This document shows, piece after piece, positions 1 through 9,176 of a DNA stretch of 64,000 nucleotides. The number at the start of each line of letters is the position of its first letter. Position 1 is the stretch's first letter. Under the pieces are notes generated by a model. It made no database searches, was not told the origin of the DNA, and saw only the letters and a program-made list of their open reading frames with translations. The position numbers and the translations under genes are program-made. Source of the DNA: Spirochaetia bacterium (lineage in GTDB: Bacteria; Spirochaetota; Spirochaetia; SZUA-6; Bin103); the NCBI GenBank assembly GCA_965203055.1, contig OZ241863.1, forward strand, positions 3,408,019-3,472,018, in the 5' to 3' direction.

Positions 1-2
1 TC

Positions 3-188
3 GGCATCGCCTCGCTGTTCGGGTTCGTCCGCCTGTCCGAGCTGATGAGGGCGGTCGAGCAGGACGTCGCCGGCCGCCTCGCGGTGTTCTTTCCGGGCGA
101 ATATGAAGACAGTCAGTACCGGCTGTTGAACGCTCGGGACGGCTGGAACTACCTGGCCGTGCCGATCACCGCGCACGACGAACGATGA
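3..188 (+). CDS. brxB: BREX protein BrxB (DUF1788 family), 3' end only (runs off the window start)
   Basis: Manual translation of frame 3 gives GIASLFGFVRLSELMRAVEQDVAGRLAVFFPGEYEDSQYRLLNARDGWNYLAVPITAHDER*, a DUF1788-type C-terminus. Its stop overlaps the brxC start (ATGA, 185-188). Confidence 0.85.
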   Translation, partial: GIASLFGFVRLSELMRAVEQDVAGRLAVFFPGEYEDSQYRLLNARDGWNYLAVPITAHDER

Positions 189-3100
189 ATACCCCGACAC
201 CGACGTTGCAGAACCGGGACGTCTACCGGCAGGACCCCGACGAGATCTCCTTGCTGAACCACGGCGTCGCCGCCATGACTGACGCCGCGACCGCGGACGA
301 GCGCCGCATCCTGCGCTTCGAGCTGCGCCACTTCGTATGCGCCGGCCAGTACCGCGGCGGTCTGGTCCGCATCCTGGAGTCCTACCTCCGGCACCAGGGC
401 CAGCCGGAGCAGCCGGCGGCCTGGATCAGCGGCTTCTTCGGCAGCGGCAAGTCGCATCTGGCAAAGATGCTGCGCTTCCTGTGGACCGACTTCACGTTCC
501 CGGAGGATGGCGCCACCGCGCGCGGCCTGGCGCGGCTGCCGGACGAGGTGCGGGACCTGCTCGCCGAGGTCTCCACCCTGGGTCGGCGCGGGCGCGGGCT
601 GCACGCCGCGGCCGGCACGCTGGGCGCCGGCGCCGGGGACAGCGTCCGGCTGGCGCTGCTCGGCATCGTCTTCAAGTCCGCCGGTCTGCCGGAGAGCTGG
701 CCCCTGGCGCAGTTCTGCCTGTGGCTCAAGAAGAACCGCCTCTACGACCGGGTGCGCGCCGCGGTCGAGGCGGAAGGGCGGCCGTTTCGGCGCGAGTTGC
801 AGGACCTGTACGTGAGTCCGGTCATCGCCCGCGCGCTGCTCGCCGCCGATGCCAACATCGCCCGCGACGAGCGGGAGGTCCGGGCGGTGCTGCGCGGACA
901 GTTCCCCAAGGCCGCCGACATCACCACCGACCAGTTCGTCGACGCGCTGCAGGAGGCGTTGGCGGCCGGCGGCGCGCTGCCGGCGACGGCGATCATTCTC
1001 GACGAGGTGCAGCAGTACATCGGCGAGGACACCAACCGCTCCTACGTCGTCCAGGAGGTGGTCGAAGCGTGCAGCAAGCGGTTCGGCGGCCGCCTGCTGT
1101 TCGTCGGCACCGGTCAGACGGCGCTCTCCGGCACCGCGGCGCTGCATCGCCTGCAGGGCCGTTTCGCGGTCAACGTGGAGCTCTCCGATGCCGACGTCGA
1201 GACGGTGATCCGGCGCGTCGTGCTGGCCAAACGCCAGGATCGGGTTGCCGCGGTCCGCGCGGCCCTGGAGGCGAACGCGGGGGAAATCGGCCGCCACCTG
1301 ACCGGCAGCCGGATCGGCCCGCGCGCCGAGGATCAGGAGATTCTGGTCGACGACTACCCGCTGCTGCCGGTGCGCCGGCGCTTCTGGGAGTACACGCTGC
1401 GCGCGGTCGACCGCGCCGGCACCGCCGGGCAGCTCCGCACCCAACTCCGCATCGTCTACGACGCCATCCGCCGCACCGCCGGCGAGCCGCTCGGCAGCGT
1501 CGTGCCGGCCGACTTCCTGTTCGACGAACAGGCGTCCAGTCTGCTGCAGTCCGGCGTGTTGCTGCGCGAGCTGCACGAGACGATCGTCCGGCAGCGCGCT
1601 GACGGCAGTGCCGACGGCCTCCTCAAGTCGCGGCTGTGCGCGCTGGTCTTCCTGATCCGCAAGCTCCCGCGCGAGGCCGGGGCGGACATCGGCGTGCACG
1701 CCACCGCGGAGGCGCTGGCCGACCTGCTGGTGCGGGACTTGGCGACCGACGGCGCGGCGCTGCGCGGCCGGCTGCCGGCGCTCCTGGACGAGTTGGTCGC
1801 CGCCGGCACGCTGATGCAGATCGGCCGGGAGTTCAGCCTGCAGACCCGCGAGAGCAGCGACTGGGAAGCGGAGTTCCGCAACCGGCAACGCCGGCTCGGC
1901 GGAGATCCGGCCGCCATGAGCAGCGTGCGCTCCACGCTGCTCGGCAGCGCGGTGCAGGCGGCGCTGGGGCCGCTGCGGCTCACCCACGGGGCGAGCAAGG
2001 AACCGCGCAAGCTGGCGCTGCACTTCGGGTCCGAGGCGCCGCCGGTGGGCCGCGACCTCCCGGTGTGGGTGCGCGACGGGTGGGGCGCCGCGGAGAGCGC
2101 CGTGCTCGCCGAGGCGCGCGCCGCCGGCGCGGACGACCCGGTGATCCACCTGTTCGTGCCCAAGTCCGACGCCGACGCGCTGGCGCGGCTGATCGCCGCC
2201 CGCGGCGCCGCGCAGGAGACGCTGGACTACCAGGGCATCCCGTCCGGGCCGGAAGGGATCGAGGCACGCCAGGGCATGGAGACGCGGCTGACCGCGGCGG
2301 AGCGCAACCTGCAGGCAATGATGGCGCGCGCCGCCGGCGGCGCGAAGGTGTTTCAGGGCGGCGGCCACGAGCGGCCGGAATCGACCGTGGCCGAGAAGGT
2401 GCGGGCGGCGGCGGCCGCCTCGCTGGAGCGGCTGTTCTTCCGGTTCAAGGACGCCGACCACGACCGTTGGCCCGCGGTGATTGAGCGCGCCCGCGGCGGC
2501 GCGGAGAGCCCGTTGGCGGCGCTCGACTTCAACGGCAAGACCGCCGACCACCCGGTGTGCGCGGCGGTGCTCGCCTGGGTCGGCGCCGGCAAGCGGGGCC
2601 GGGAGGTGCGCGCCCACTTCTCGGCTCCGCCCTGCGGCTGGCCGCGCGACGCGATCGACGGGGCGCTGCTCAGCCTGTTCGCGACCGGGCACCTGCGCGC
2701 GACCGCCAACGGCGTGGCGGTCGCCCCGCGCGGGCTGGACCAGACCAAGGTGTCTCGTACGGACTTCCGGGTGGAGACCGCGACGGTAGCCGCGCCGCAG
2801 CGCCTGCAGGCGCGCAGGCTGTTTCAGAGCGCGGGCGTGGACTGCAAGCCGAACGAAGAGGTGGAGGCGGCCGGCCGCTTTCTGGACCGGCTCCTGGAGC
2901 TGGCCGACGGCGCCGGCGGCGAGGCGCCGCTGCCGGTCCGGCCGGAAACCGGAGCGGTGGAGGAGCTGCGCTCCCGGGCCGGCAACGAACAGCTCCTGGC
3001 GGTGCTCGACCGGCACGACCAACTGGCGACTAACCTGGCCGACTGGACCGCGGCCGGGCAGTTGGCAGCCGCGCGCCTGCCGGCGTTCCGTCGCCTGCAG

Positions 3101-3649
3101 GCGCTGGCCCGCCACGCGGAGGGACTTGCGGCCGCCGGCGCGGCGCAGCCGCAGCTCGCCGCGCTCGTGGAGCACCGGCGGCTGCTGGACGCGACCGATC
3201 CGGTGCCCGACCTCGCCGCGCGCCTCACCGATGCGCTGCGCGCCGCGTTGGCGCGGTCGCAAGCCGGCTATGACGAGACCTACGAGGCGGAGCGGCAACG
3301 TCTGGAGCAAGCCGAAAGCTGGCGGCAGCTCGATGCCGCCCGGCGCCGCGAAATCCTCGACCGGCTGCGCCTGGAGCCGGCCACCGCCGGGGCGACCGGC
3401 ACCGAGCGGGAGGTACTGGAATCGCTGGACCGCATCTCCCTGGACGGCTGGCGCACGCGCACCGCGGCCCTCCCGCAGTGGTTCGCGCAGGCCCGCGCCG
3501 CCGCCGACCGGCTGGTCGAACCGGAAATCCGCCACCATAAGCTCACCGGCGCCACGTTGCGCACGCGGGAAGATGTCCGGGCCTGGATCGAGACCACCGA
3601 ACGGGAGCTGCTGAATCAGGTGGAGCAGGGCCCGGTCGTCATCGGCTGA
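185..3649 (+). CDS. brxC: BREX system P-loop ATPase BrxC
   Basis: 1154 aa. Walker A WISGFFGSGKSH, Walker B IILDEVQQYIG, and the motifs LQGRF..VELSDADVETVIRRVVL and DYPLLP. Lies after brxB and upstream of pglX/pglZ/brxL. Confidence 0.93.
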   Translation: MNTPTPTLQNRDVYRQDPDEISLLNHGVAAMTDAATADERRILRFELRHFVCAGQYRGGLVRILESYLRHQGQPEQPAAWISGFFGSGKSHLAKMLRFLWTDFTFPEDGATARGLARLPDEVRDLLAEVSTLGRRGRGLHAAAGTLGAGAGDSVRLALLGIVFKSAGLPESWPLAQFCLWLKKNRLYDRVRAAVEAEGRPFRRELQDLYVSPVIARALLAADANIARDEREVRAVLRGQFPKAADITTDQFVDALQEALAAGGALPATAIILDEVQQYIGEDTNRSYVVQEVVEACSKRFGGRLLFVGTGQTALSGTAALHRLQGRFAVNVELSDADVETVIRRVVLAKRQDRVAAVRAALEANAGEIGRHLTGSRIGPRAEDQEILVDDYPLLPVRRRFWEYTLRAVDRAGTAGQLRTQLRIVYDAIRRTAGEPLGSVVPADFLFDEQASSLLQSGVLLRELHETIVRQRADGSADGLLKSRLCALVFLIRKLPREAGADIGVHATAEALADLLVRDLATDGAALRGRLPALLDELVAAGTLMQIGREFSLQTRESSDWEAEFRNRQRRLGGDPAAMSSVRSTLLGSAVQAALGPLRLTHGASKEPRKLALHFGSEAPPVGRDLPVWVRDGWGAAESAVLAEARAAGADDPVIHLFVPKSDADALARLIAARGAAQETLDYQGIPSGPEGIEARQGMETRLTAAERNLQAMMARAAGGAKVFQGGGHERPESTVAEKVRAAAAASLERLFFRFKDADHDRWPAVIERARGGAESPLAALDFNGKTADHPVCAAVLAWVGAGKRGREVRAHFSAPPCGWPRDAIDGALLSLFATGHLRATANGVAVAPRGLDQTKVSRTDFRVETATVAAPQRLQARRLFQSAGVDCKPNEEVEAAGRFLDRLLELADGAGGEAPLPVRPETGAVEELRSRAGNEQLLAVLDRHDQLATNLADWTAAGQLAAARLPAFRRLQALARHAEGLAAAGAAQPQLAALVEHRRLLDATDPVPDLAARLTDALRAALARSQAGYDETYEAERQRLEQAESWRQLDAARRREILDRLRLEPATAGATGTEREVLESLDRISLDGWRTRTAALPQWFAQARAAADRLVEPEIRHHKLTGATLRTREDVRAWIETTERELLNQVEQGPVVIG

Positions 3650-3666
3650 GAAGGTACGCGGCGGTA

Positions 3667-5088
3667 TTACGACGCCGCGGCGGCCAGCTCGTAGAGGTCC
3701 TCCAGCGAGTACCAGCGCTCGCGATCCCGCCGGGCGGGCGGCGGGCGGCGTACGAAGTAGCGGCGGCCGAGCGTGGCGCCGCGGCTGTTGGGATACCGCT
3801 CCGCCTTGCGCTCCAGCTCCGCTTCCAGCGCCGCCGGCGACCGCACCGCCCCCCACTTGCATTCGCCCAGATCGGTCCAATCGTCGTCGCGCATGCCGAC
3901 CACGTCGATCTGCGTCGACCGGCTCCAGTACTCGCCGACCTGGAATCCGGCGCTCACGCCTTCATGCGCGTAGATGAGCGGCAGCGCTTCCCGGCACAAC
4001 CCCTCGAAGCAGGTTCCGAACCAGGCTTCCAGGGCCGGGGCGATACGGTCGCGCAAGGCCCGCGCCGGACCGGCGCCGCGGATGACGCTCACGTTGGGGA
4101 ACACGAACCGGAACCAGAACCGCAGCAGCGGGTCGTCGATGCCGAAGCGCACCTGCTTCGGGTTTGGGCGCCGGCGGTCCAGCGGGTAACGGCGCCGCAG
4201 GTAGCCGAGATCGATGAGCTGGCGCAGGTAGTAGTGCACGTTGCGTTCCGGCAGCTCGGTGGCCGCGGCGATCGCCGGCGCGGCGCCGTGGCCGGCCGCC
4301 AGCGCGTGCAGGATCGCCTGGTAGGGGCCGAGCTCGCGCAACTCCTCGCGGAGCAGAAAGATCGGTTCGTGAAACAGCGGCGAGAAGTCGTCCAGGAGCC
4401 GTTCCTCGACGTTGCGTTCGATCGACCGGCCGTCGTCCAGGCTGAGCAGATACTGCGGCAGGCCGCCGACCAGGAAATAGGCCCGCGCCCGGTCGGCCGG
4501 CGACCAGCGCGGATGGAATCGGCCGGCGTCCAGGTAGCCGAACGGCTGCAGGTGGATCTGCGCGGTGCGCCGCCCGAACAGCGGACTCTTGGCGCCCAAC
4601 ACGTCCCGCTCCATGAAGCCCAGGTACGAACCGCACACCAGCAGGACCACGATGCCGGCGTCGCGCCAGTGCCGGTCCCAGCACTGCTGCAGCTCGGCGA
4701 GCAGGTCAGGGCTGGCCGCGGCGATCCACTGGAACTCGTCCAGGGCCAGGACCAGCTTCGCCCCGGGGTTGGCCGCCGTCCATTGCGTGACCACGGTGAG
4801 CAGCGCCTGCCGCCAGCCGCCGGCGCGCAGCTCGGCGAGCAGCGGCAGGTCGAGCGCGCCGGCGGCCTGTTCCAGGAACTCGCGCACCTGCAGCGCCGCC
4901 GAGGACTGCTGCCCCAGATAGTAGACGCCGGGCTTGTCGGCCATGAACCGCAGGATCAGCTCGCTCTTGCCGACCCGCCGGCGCCCGTAGATCGGCACGA
5001 ACTCCGAGCGCGGCGACCCGTACGCCTCCGCCAACAGTCTCAACTCCCGGCCGCGGCCGATGAAGCGCACCATGCCGGGCGGCAGCAT
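3667..5088 (-). CDS. Archaeal-type (ATPase_2) P-loop ATPase with winged-helix/DUF234 region and C-terminal PD-(D/E)XK-like nuclease motif
   Basis: FIGRGRELRLL; Walker A YGRRRVGKS; Walker B LALDEFQW; CGS; SPLFGRRT; GGLPQYL; DPLLRFWFRF; C-terminal QIDVV...LGECKW. Confidence 0.85.
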   Translation of the reverse strand: MLPPGMVRFIGRGRELRLLAEAYGSPRSEFVPIYGRRRVGKSELILRFMADKPGVYYLGQQSSAALQVREFLEQAAGALDLPLLAELRAGGWRQALLTVVTQWTAANPGAKLVLALDEFQWIAAASPDLLAELQQCWDRHWRDAGIVVLLVCGSYLGFMERDVLGAKSPLFGRRTAQIHLQPFGYLDAGRFHPRWSPADRARAYFLVGGLPQYLLSLDDGRSIERNVEERLLDDFSPLFHEPIFLLREELRELGPYQAILHALAAGHGAAPAIAAATELPERNVHYYLRQLIDLGYLRRRYPLDRRRPNPKQVRFGIDDPLLRFWFRFVFPNVSVIRGAGPARALRDRIAPALEAWFGTCFEGLCREALPLIYAHEGVSAGFQVGEYWSRSTQIDVVGMRDDDWTDLGECKWGAVRSPAALEAELERKAERYPNSRGATLGRRYFVRRPPPARRDRERWYSLEDLYELAAAAS

Positions 5089-5223
5089 GGCGCGCTCCGA
5101 TCATTTCGTCAAGTCACGATTGAACAAGCCTCGACTAGACAAACCCGTGCCTGGCGGCGGTGGCGCTTGCCAAGTCCATGACTGATCATGTACGCACTGC
5201 TTCAGTGAAGAAGTGGTGCTGCC

Positions 5224-6549
5224 ATGTCGGGAACGCGCCTCGCGCAACGGCGAGCGCAGGCTCGCTTCCTCTGGTTCGACGAGCAGACGGTACCGGAGAC
5301 GGGGTTCGGTACGTTGGACGAGGCGCTGTGGAAGCCGCTGCTGAGCGCGCAGGGCGCCGCCGACCCCGCCCTTGCGCTGGAGAAGATGGGGTTGCTCGCG
5401 CGCGGCGTCACCGGCGCGGTGGAGGCGACCGTGGCAGGCCTGCTGCTGTGCAGTCAGGCGCCGGACGAGTGGCTGCCGAATGCCGCCATAACGGCGACGC
5501 ACTACCGCGGCGTGGACCGCGCTTCAGGTCAGTTGGACGCCCAGACCATCACCGGACCGTTGAGCCGGCAGATTGCCGAGGCGGTCGCGTTCGCTGTCCG
5601 CAACATGCGGGTCGGCGCCTACAAGAGCCCGGCCCGTATCGACCTGCCGCAATACAGCGAACGCGCGCTGTTCGAAGCGATGGTCAACGCGGTGGCGCAT
5701 CGGGACTACTCGATCCGGGGCAGCCGGATTCGCCTGTCGATGTTCGCCGATCGCATCGAGATCAACTCGCCCGGCGGGCTGGCGAATAATCTCGCGGTGG
5801 ACACGATGGCCATGCGCCAATCCACGCGCAACGAAGCGCTCGCGTCGGCGCTCGGCCGCCTGCCGGTCGGCGCCGTCCGCGGGGCGGGCGAGCGGCGCTA
5901 CTTCATGGAGCGGCGCGGTGACGGCGTGCCGACGATCCTGCGCGAGACGCGCGCGCTGAGCGGCAAGGCGCCGGAGTATCGGCTGATCGACAACTCCGAT
6001 CTGTTTCTCACGCTGCCGGCGGCGGCGACCGTCCCTACCCCTGTCAGGATCGTCATCGCGGTGCGCAGCCGAGGCGCCGCCGTGCCGAACGTCGATCTGC
6101 TGGTGCTGATGCCGAACGAATCGTGGCGACGGGCGACGACCTGCGACGCCGGCGAGGCGGTGGTCGAGCTGCATCTTTCACACCTCCCCGTCACCGTGTT
6201 CGCGGCCGCTGCCGGCTACGCGGCGCACCTGATTCGGGATTGGCAGCCGCGCCGCGGCGCGCTGACCATCGAGCTCGAACCGCTGCCGGACGGCGGCGCG
6301 GTCATCTTCCCGGACGCAACCGGCGAGATTCCCGGGCTTGCAGGGCGCCTCAACCCGGTGCGTGACCCGCTCGACCGCACCTTCCTCCATGCCTCCGGCA
6401 TCGCGATCGACCAGGGCCGGCCGCAGCCCGTTCACTTCCTGCTCGGCGAGACCCTGCGGCTCACCGACGCCGATGGCCGCGAACGGCTGGCCCGCATCAT
6501 CGACGTCATCGGCCGCGCGGCCCTGATAGAGTACCGTCCCGTCGGGTAA
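5224..6549 (+). CDS. HATPase_c_4 (RecG C-terminal-like) ATP-binding protein. It apparently lacks the N-terminal Schlafen/AlbA_2 domain and has an extra ~170-aa beta-rich C-terminal domain; possibly a truncated gene.
   Basis: ALFEAMVNAVAHRDYSI..IRLSMFADRIEINSPGGL..RN..MERRGDGV is the same core as in 16099-17307. The ORF begins directly at the linker-like segment RFLWFDEQ. Confidence 0.75.
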   Translation: MSGTRLAQRRAQARFLWFDEQTVPETGFGTLDEALWKPLLSAQGAADPALALEKMGLLARGVTGAVEATVAGLLLCSQAPDEWLPNAAITATHYRGVDRASGQLDAQTITGPLSRQIAEAVAFAVRNMRVGAYKSPARIDLPQYSERALFEAMVNAVAHRDYSIRGSRIRLSMFADRIEINSPGGLANNLAVDTMAMRQSTRNEALASALGRLPVGAVRGAGERRYFMERRGDGVPTILRETRALSGKAPEYRLIDNSDLFLTLPAAATVPTPVRIVIAVRSRGAAVPNVDLLVLMPNESWRRATTCDAGEAVVELHLSHLPVTVFAAAAGYAAHLIRDWQPRRGALTIELEPLPDGGAVIFPDATGEIPGLAGRLNPVRDPLDRTFLHASGIAIDQGRPQPVHFLLGETLRLTDADGRERLARIIDVIGRAALIEYRPVG

Positions 6550-6556
6550 CGCGCGC

Positions 6557-7723
6557 ATGCTCATACAACGGATCAAGCTGCAGAACCTGCTCTCGTTCGG
6601 CCCGGACGCTCAGGAGCTGGAGCTGCGGCCCCTCAACGTGCTGATCGGCCCCAACGGCTCCGGCAAGTCCAATCTGATCGAGGCCTTCCGGCTCCTGCGG
6701 GCCGCGCCGAAGGACCTCGTAGCGCCGATCCGCGCCGGCGGTGGAGCAGGCAACTGGCTCTGGCGAGGACAGCCACCGGCGGCCTCCGCCCGAATGGAGG
6801 CGGTAGTCGAGAATCCGCAGGGACGACAGCCGCTTCGGCATGCTCTTGCGTTTACGGCGAGCGGCCAACGCTTCGAGTTGACGGAAGAAATCGTTGCAAA
6901 CGAGCGGGCGTATCCGGGACGCTCACAACCGTACCTCTATTACGAATTCCGGTCAGGAAGGGCCACGCTGAACTATCGCTACCCGAATGAGCGCGAGTTG
7001 CGCCTCGAGAATATCGAAATCGACCAATCGATACTGGCGCAGCGCAAGGACCCGGATCACTATCCCGAGCTCACCTACCTGGGGAAGACGCTCGGACAGA
7101 TCCAATGCTACACCGAGTGGTCGTTCGGCCGGTCCACACCGTACCGACAACCGCAACCGACCGATCTTCCAAACAGCTATCTGTTGGAGAACGGAATGAA
7201 CCTGGGCTTGATGTTGAGCCGTATGGCGCGGGAACCTCAGGTCAAGCGCCGGTTTCTCAACGCCCTCGGTCAGCTCTACGAAGGCTTGACGGATTATCAC
7301 GTGAACGTCGAGGCCGGTACCGTCCAGGTCTTTCTCGAGGAGGGCGACCTTACCGTGCCGGCGTCCCGATTGTCCGATGGAACGCTCCGCTATCTTTGCC
7401 TCCTGGCTATCCTCTGCGACCCCGCGCCGGCGCCGTTGATCTGTCTGGAAGAGCCCGAACTTGGATTGCATCCCGACGTACTCCCGGGGCTGGCCGAGCT
7501 GCTGCGCCAAGCGTCGGAACGGTGCCAGTTGATCGTCACCACGCACTCGGAGGTTCTCGTCGATGCGTTGACCGAGGTCCCGGACAGCGTGATCGTCTGC
7601 GAAAAGCAAGACGGGCAGACGACGTTGCAGCGCCTGCGAAAGGAGGCGCTGACCGAATGGCTGCAGCGATACCAGCTCGGACAGCTCTGGGCCTCGGGTT
7701 CGATTGGCGGCAATCGCTGGTGA
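6557..7723 (+). CDS. ABC/SMC-like AAA_21 (AAA_15) ATPase
   Basis: N-terminal IQRIKLQNLLSF; Walker A LIGPNGSGKSN; signature LSDGTLR; Walker B/D-loop ICLEEPELGLHP; H-loop VTTHS; C-terminal LGQLW..G.IGG.RW. Confidence 0.9.
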   Translation: MLIQRIKLQNLLSFGPDAQELELRPLNVLIGPNGSGKSNLIEAFRLLRAAPKDLVAPIRAGGGAGNWLWRGQPPAASARMEAVVENPQGRQPLRHALAFTASGQRFELTEEIVANERAYPGRSQPYLYYEFRSGRATLNYRYPNERELRLENIEIDQSILAQRKDPDHYPELTYLGKTLGQIQCYTEWSFGRSTPYRQPQPTDLPNSYLLENGMNLGLMLSRMAREPQVKRRFLNALGQLYEGLTDYHVNVEAGTVQVFLEEGDLTVPASRLSDGTLRYLCLLAILCDPAPAPLICLEEPELGLHPDVLPGLAELLRQASERCQLIVTTHSEVLVDALTEVPDSVIVCEKQDGQTTLQRLRKEALTEWLQRYQLGQLWASGSIGGNRW

Positions 7724-8334
7724 GTGTAACGGTATGTGTCGAAGGCGGCGGCGACTCGAGTACTCTGAAAAGGATGTGTCGAAAAGGCTTCAGTGAATTC
7801 TTTCGTAAGGCAGGGTTGGCCGGCCGCATGCCGAAGATCATCGCGGGCGGCGCACGGGACAACACCTACAAGGATTTTTGCGTCTTGGTCGGTGCCACGA
7901 ACCGCGATTTCGTCATCCTGCTGGTCGATAGCGAAGCGCCGGTGTCCGGGAGTTCTGGCGTATGGGAACACTTGAAACGCCGTGACAAATGGACTCTGCC
8001 GGCCGGGGCCGCGGACGAGAACGCTCATCTCATGGTGCAGTGCATGGAGGCTTGGTTCCTTGCGGACAAGGCCACGTTGGCCGTGTTTTTCGGCAACGGC
8101 TTCAACGAGAACGCACTTCCCCGACGGGTAGAAGTCGAGAACATTCCGAAGAAGCAGCTTCTTGACAGTATCGAGAATGCGACACGTTCGTGCAGGCCGA
8201 AAGGCAAGTATAGCAAGGGCCAGCACTCGTTCCATCTTCTTGGTCAAGTTGAACCGGAGAGGGTCACCGCGGTATCGCCATATGCACGGCGTCTCATCGA
8301 CACCCTGAAGAACAAGGCATCGGGTCGTGAATAA
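7720..8334 (+). CDS. DUF4276 family (TOPRIM-like) partner of the AAA_21 ATPase
   Basis: GTG at 7720 overlaps the ATPase stop (GTGA). Protein MSVTVCVEGGGD...ILLVDSE...HLMVQCMEAWFLAD...YSKGQHS. The real start lies inside the 7105-8334 ORF. Confidence 0.8.
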   Translation: MSVTVCVEGGGDSSTLKRMCRKGFSEFFRKAGLAGRMPKIIAGGARDNTYKDFCVLVGATNRDFVILLVDSEAPVSGSSGVWEHLKRRDKWTLPAGAADENAHLMVQCMEAWFLADKATLAVFFGNGFNENALPRRVEVENIPKKQLLDSIENATRSCRPKGKYSKGQHSFHLLGQVEPERVTAVSPYARRLIDTLKNKASGRE

Positions 8335-9029
8335 ACCTGTGGAGATCGAGTACCCCAGTTCGGACGGTGAGCCGGTGGCGGAAAGCAGCTTTCAACTCAT
8401 CCCTCTGTTCTACGCCTTCGACGCGCTGCGGCGCCGCTATGCCGCTCGTGATGACGTGTTCGTAGCGGCCGTCCTGCTGTTGTACTACCAGGAGGGCAAC
8501 CCGGCGGCGCGGGTGGCGCCGGACGTATTCGTGGTGCTCGGCGCGGAGAATCGCCCGCGCCACACGTACCAGTTGTGGAAGGAACCGAAGGGGCCGGACT
8601 TCGTGCTGGAGATCACCTCGGCAAGCACCAGGGACCGGGATCAGGGACCGAAGCGAGAGACGTACCGACAGTTGGGAGTGCGGGAGTACTTCCAGCACGA
8701 CCCGACGTGGGACTATTTGGACCCGCCGTTGCAGGGGCTGGAACTGATCGGGGGAAGGTACGAGCTGCGGCCCGCCGGAGGAGCTGGCGGACGGAACTCT
8801 GCGGCTGGAGAGCAAGGTGCTGGGGCTGGAATTGCGGCAGGAGGCGGAGAGGCTGCGGTTCTACGATCCGGCGACGCAGGGCTATCTGCTGTCGTCGAAA
8901 GAACTAGAGCAGCAGCGGAAGTTGGAAGACGCCCTCTGGCAGGCGGAAGCCACCCGGAGACAGGCGGAAGCGCGCATCGCCGAACTTGAGGCGATACTCC
9001 GCGAGCGGGCTGAGAAGGGGCTAAAGTAG
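8327..9029 (+). pseudogene. Uma2 family (PD-(D/E)XK) endonuclease with a +1 frameshift near 8770
   Basis: IEYPSSDGEPVAES, APDVFVV, PDFVLEITSASTRDRDQGPK, GVREYF. The family C-terminus (EELADGTLRLESKVLGLELRQEAERLRFYDPAT...AEARIAELE) continues in another frame from about 8772 to the stop at 9029. Confidence 0.8.
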
Positions 9030-9148
9030 CGGTACCCGGCGCGTTCGGAGTATGGTGGGCGACGGAGGATCACGGATGGCTTACGCGCCCGCCGCCAGGC
9101 GGAAGCGGGCATCGCCGCACTTGAGGCGCTCCGCGAGCGGGGTGAGAA
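8961..9148 (+). repeat. Imperfect ~55-bp direct repeat (8961-9016 and 9096-9148); the second copy is a relic Uma2 3' end
   Basis: caggcggaagcgcgcatcgccgaacttgaggcgatactccgcgagcgggctgagaa versus caggcggaagcgggcatcgccgcacttgaggcgctccgcgagcggggtgagaa. Confidence 0.85.
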
Positions 9149-9176
9149 CGGCACACCAGGCAGATAGCCGCCGGCG

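Noticed and set aside
149-3880. 1243-aa minus-strand ORF
   Set aside because: Antisense shadow of brxC in very GC-rich DNA; Arg/Gly/Ala-rich with no recognisable motifs.
7105-7719. N-terminal half of the 409-aa ORF
   Set aside because: Overlaps the AAA_21 ATPase in another frame; the DUF4276 gene starts at GTG 7720.
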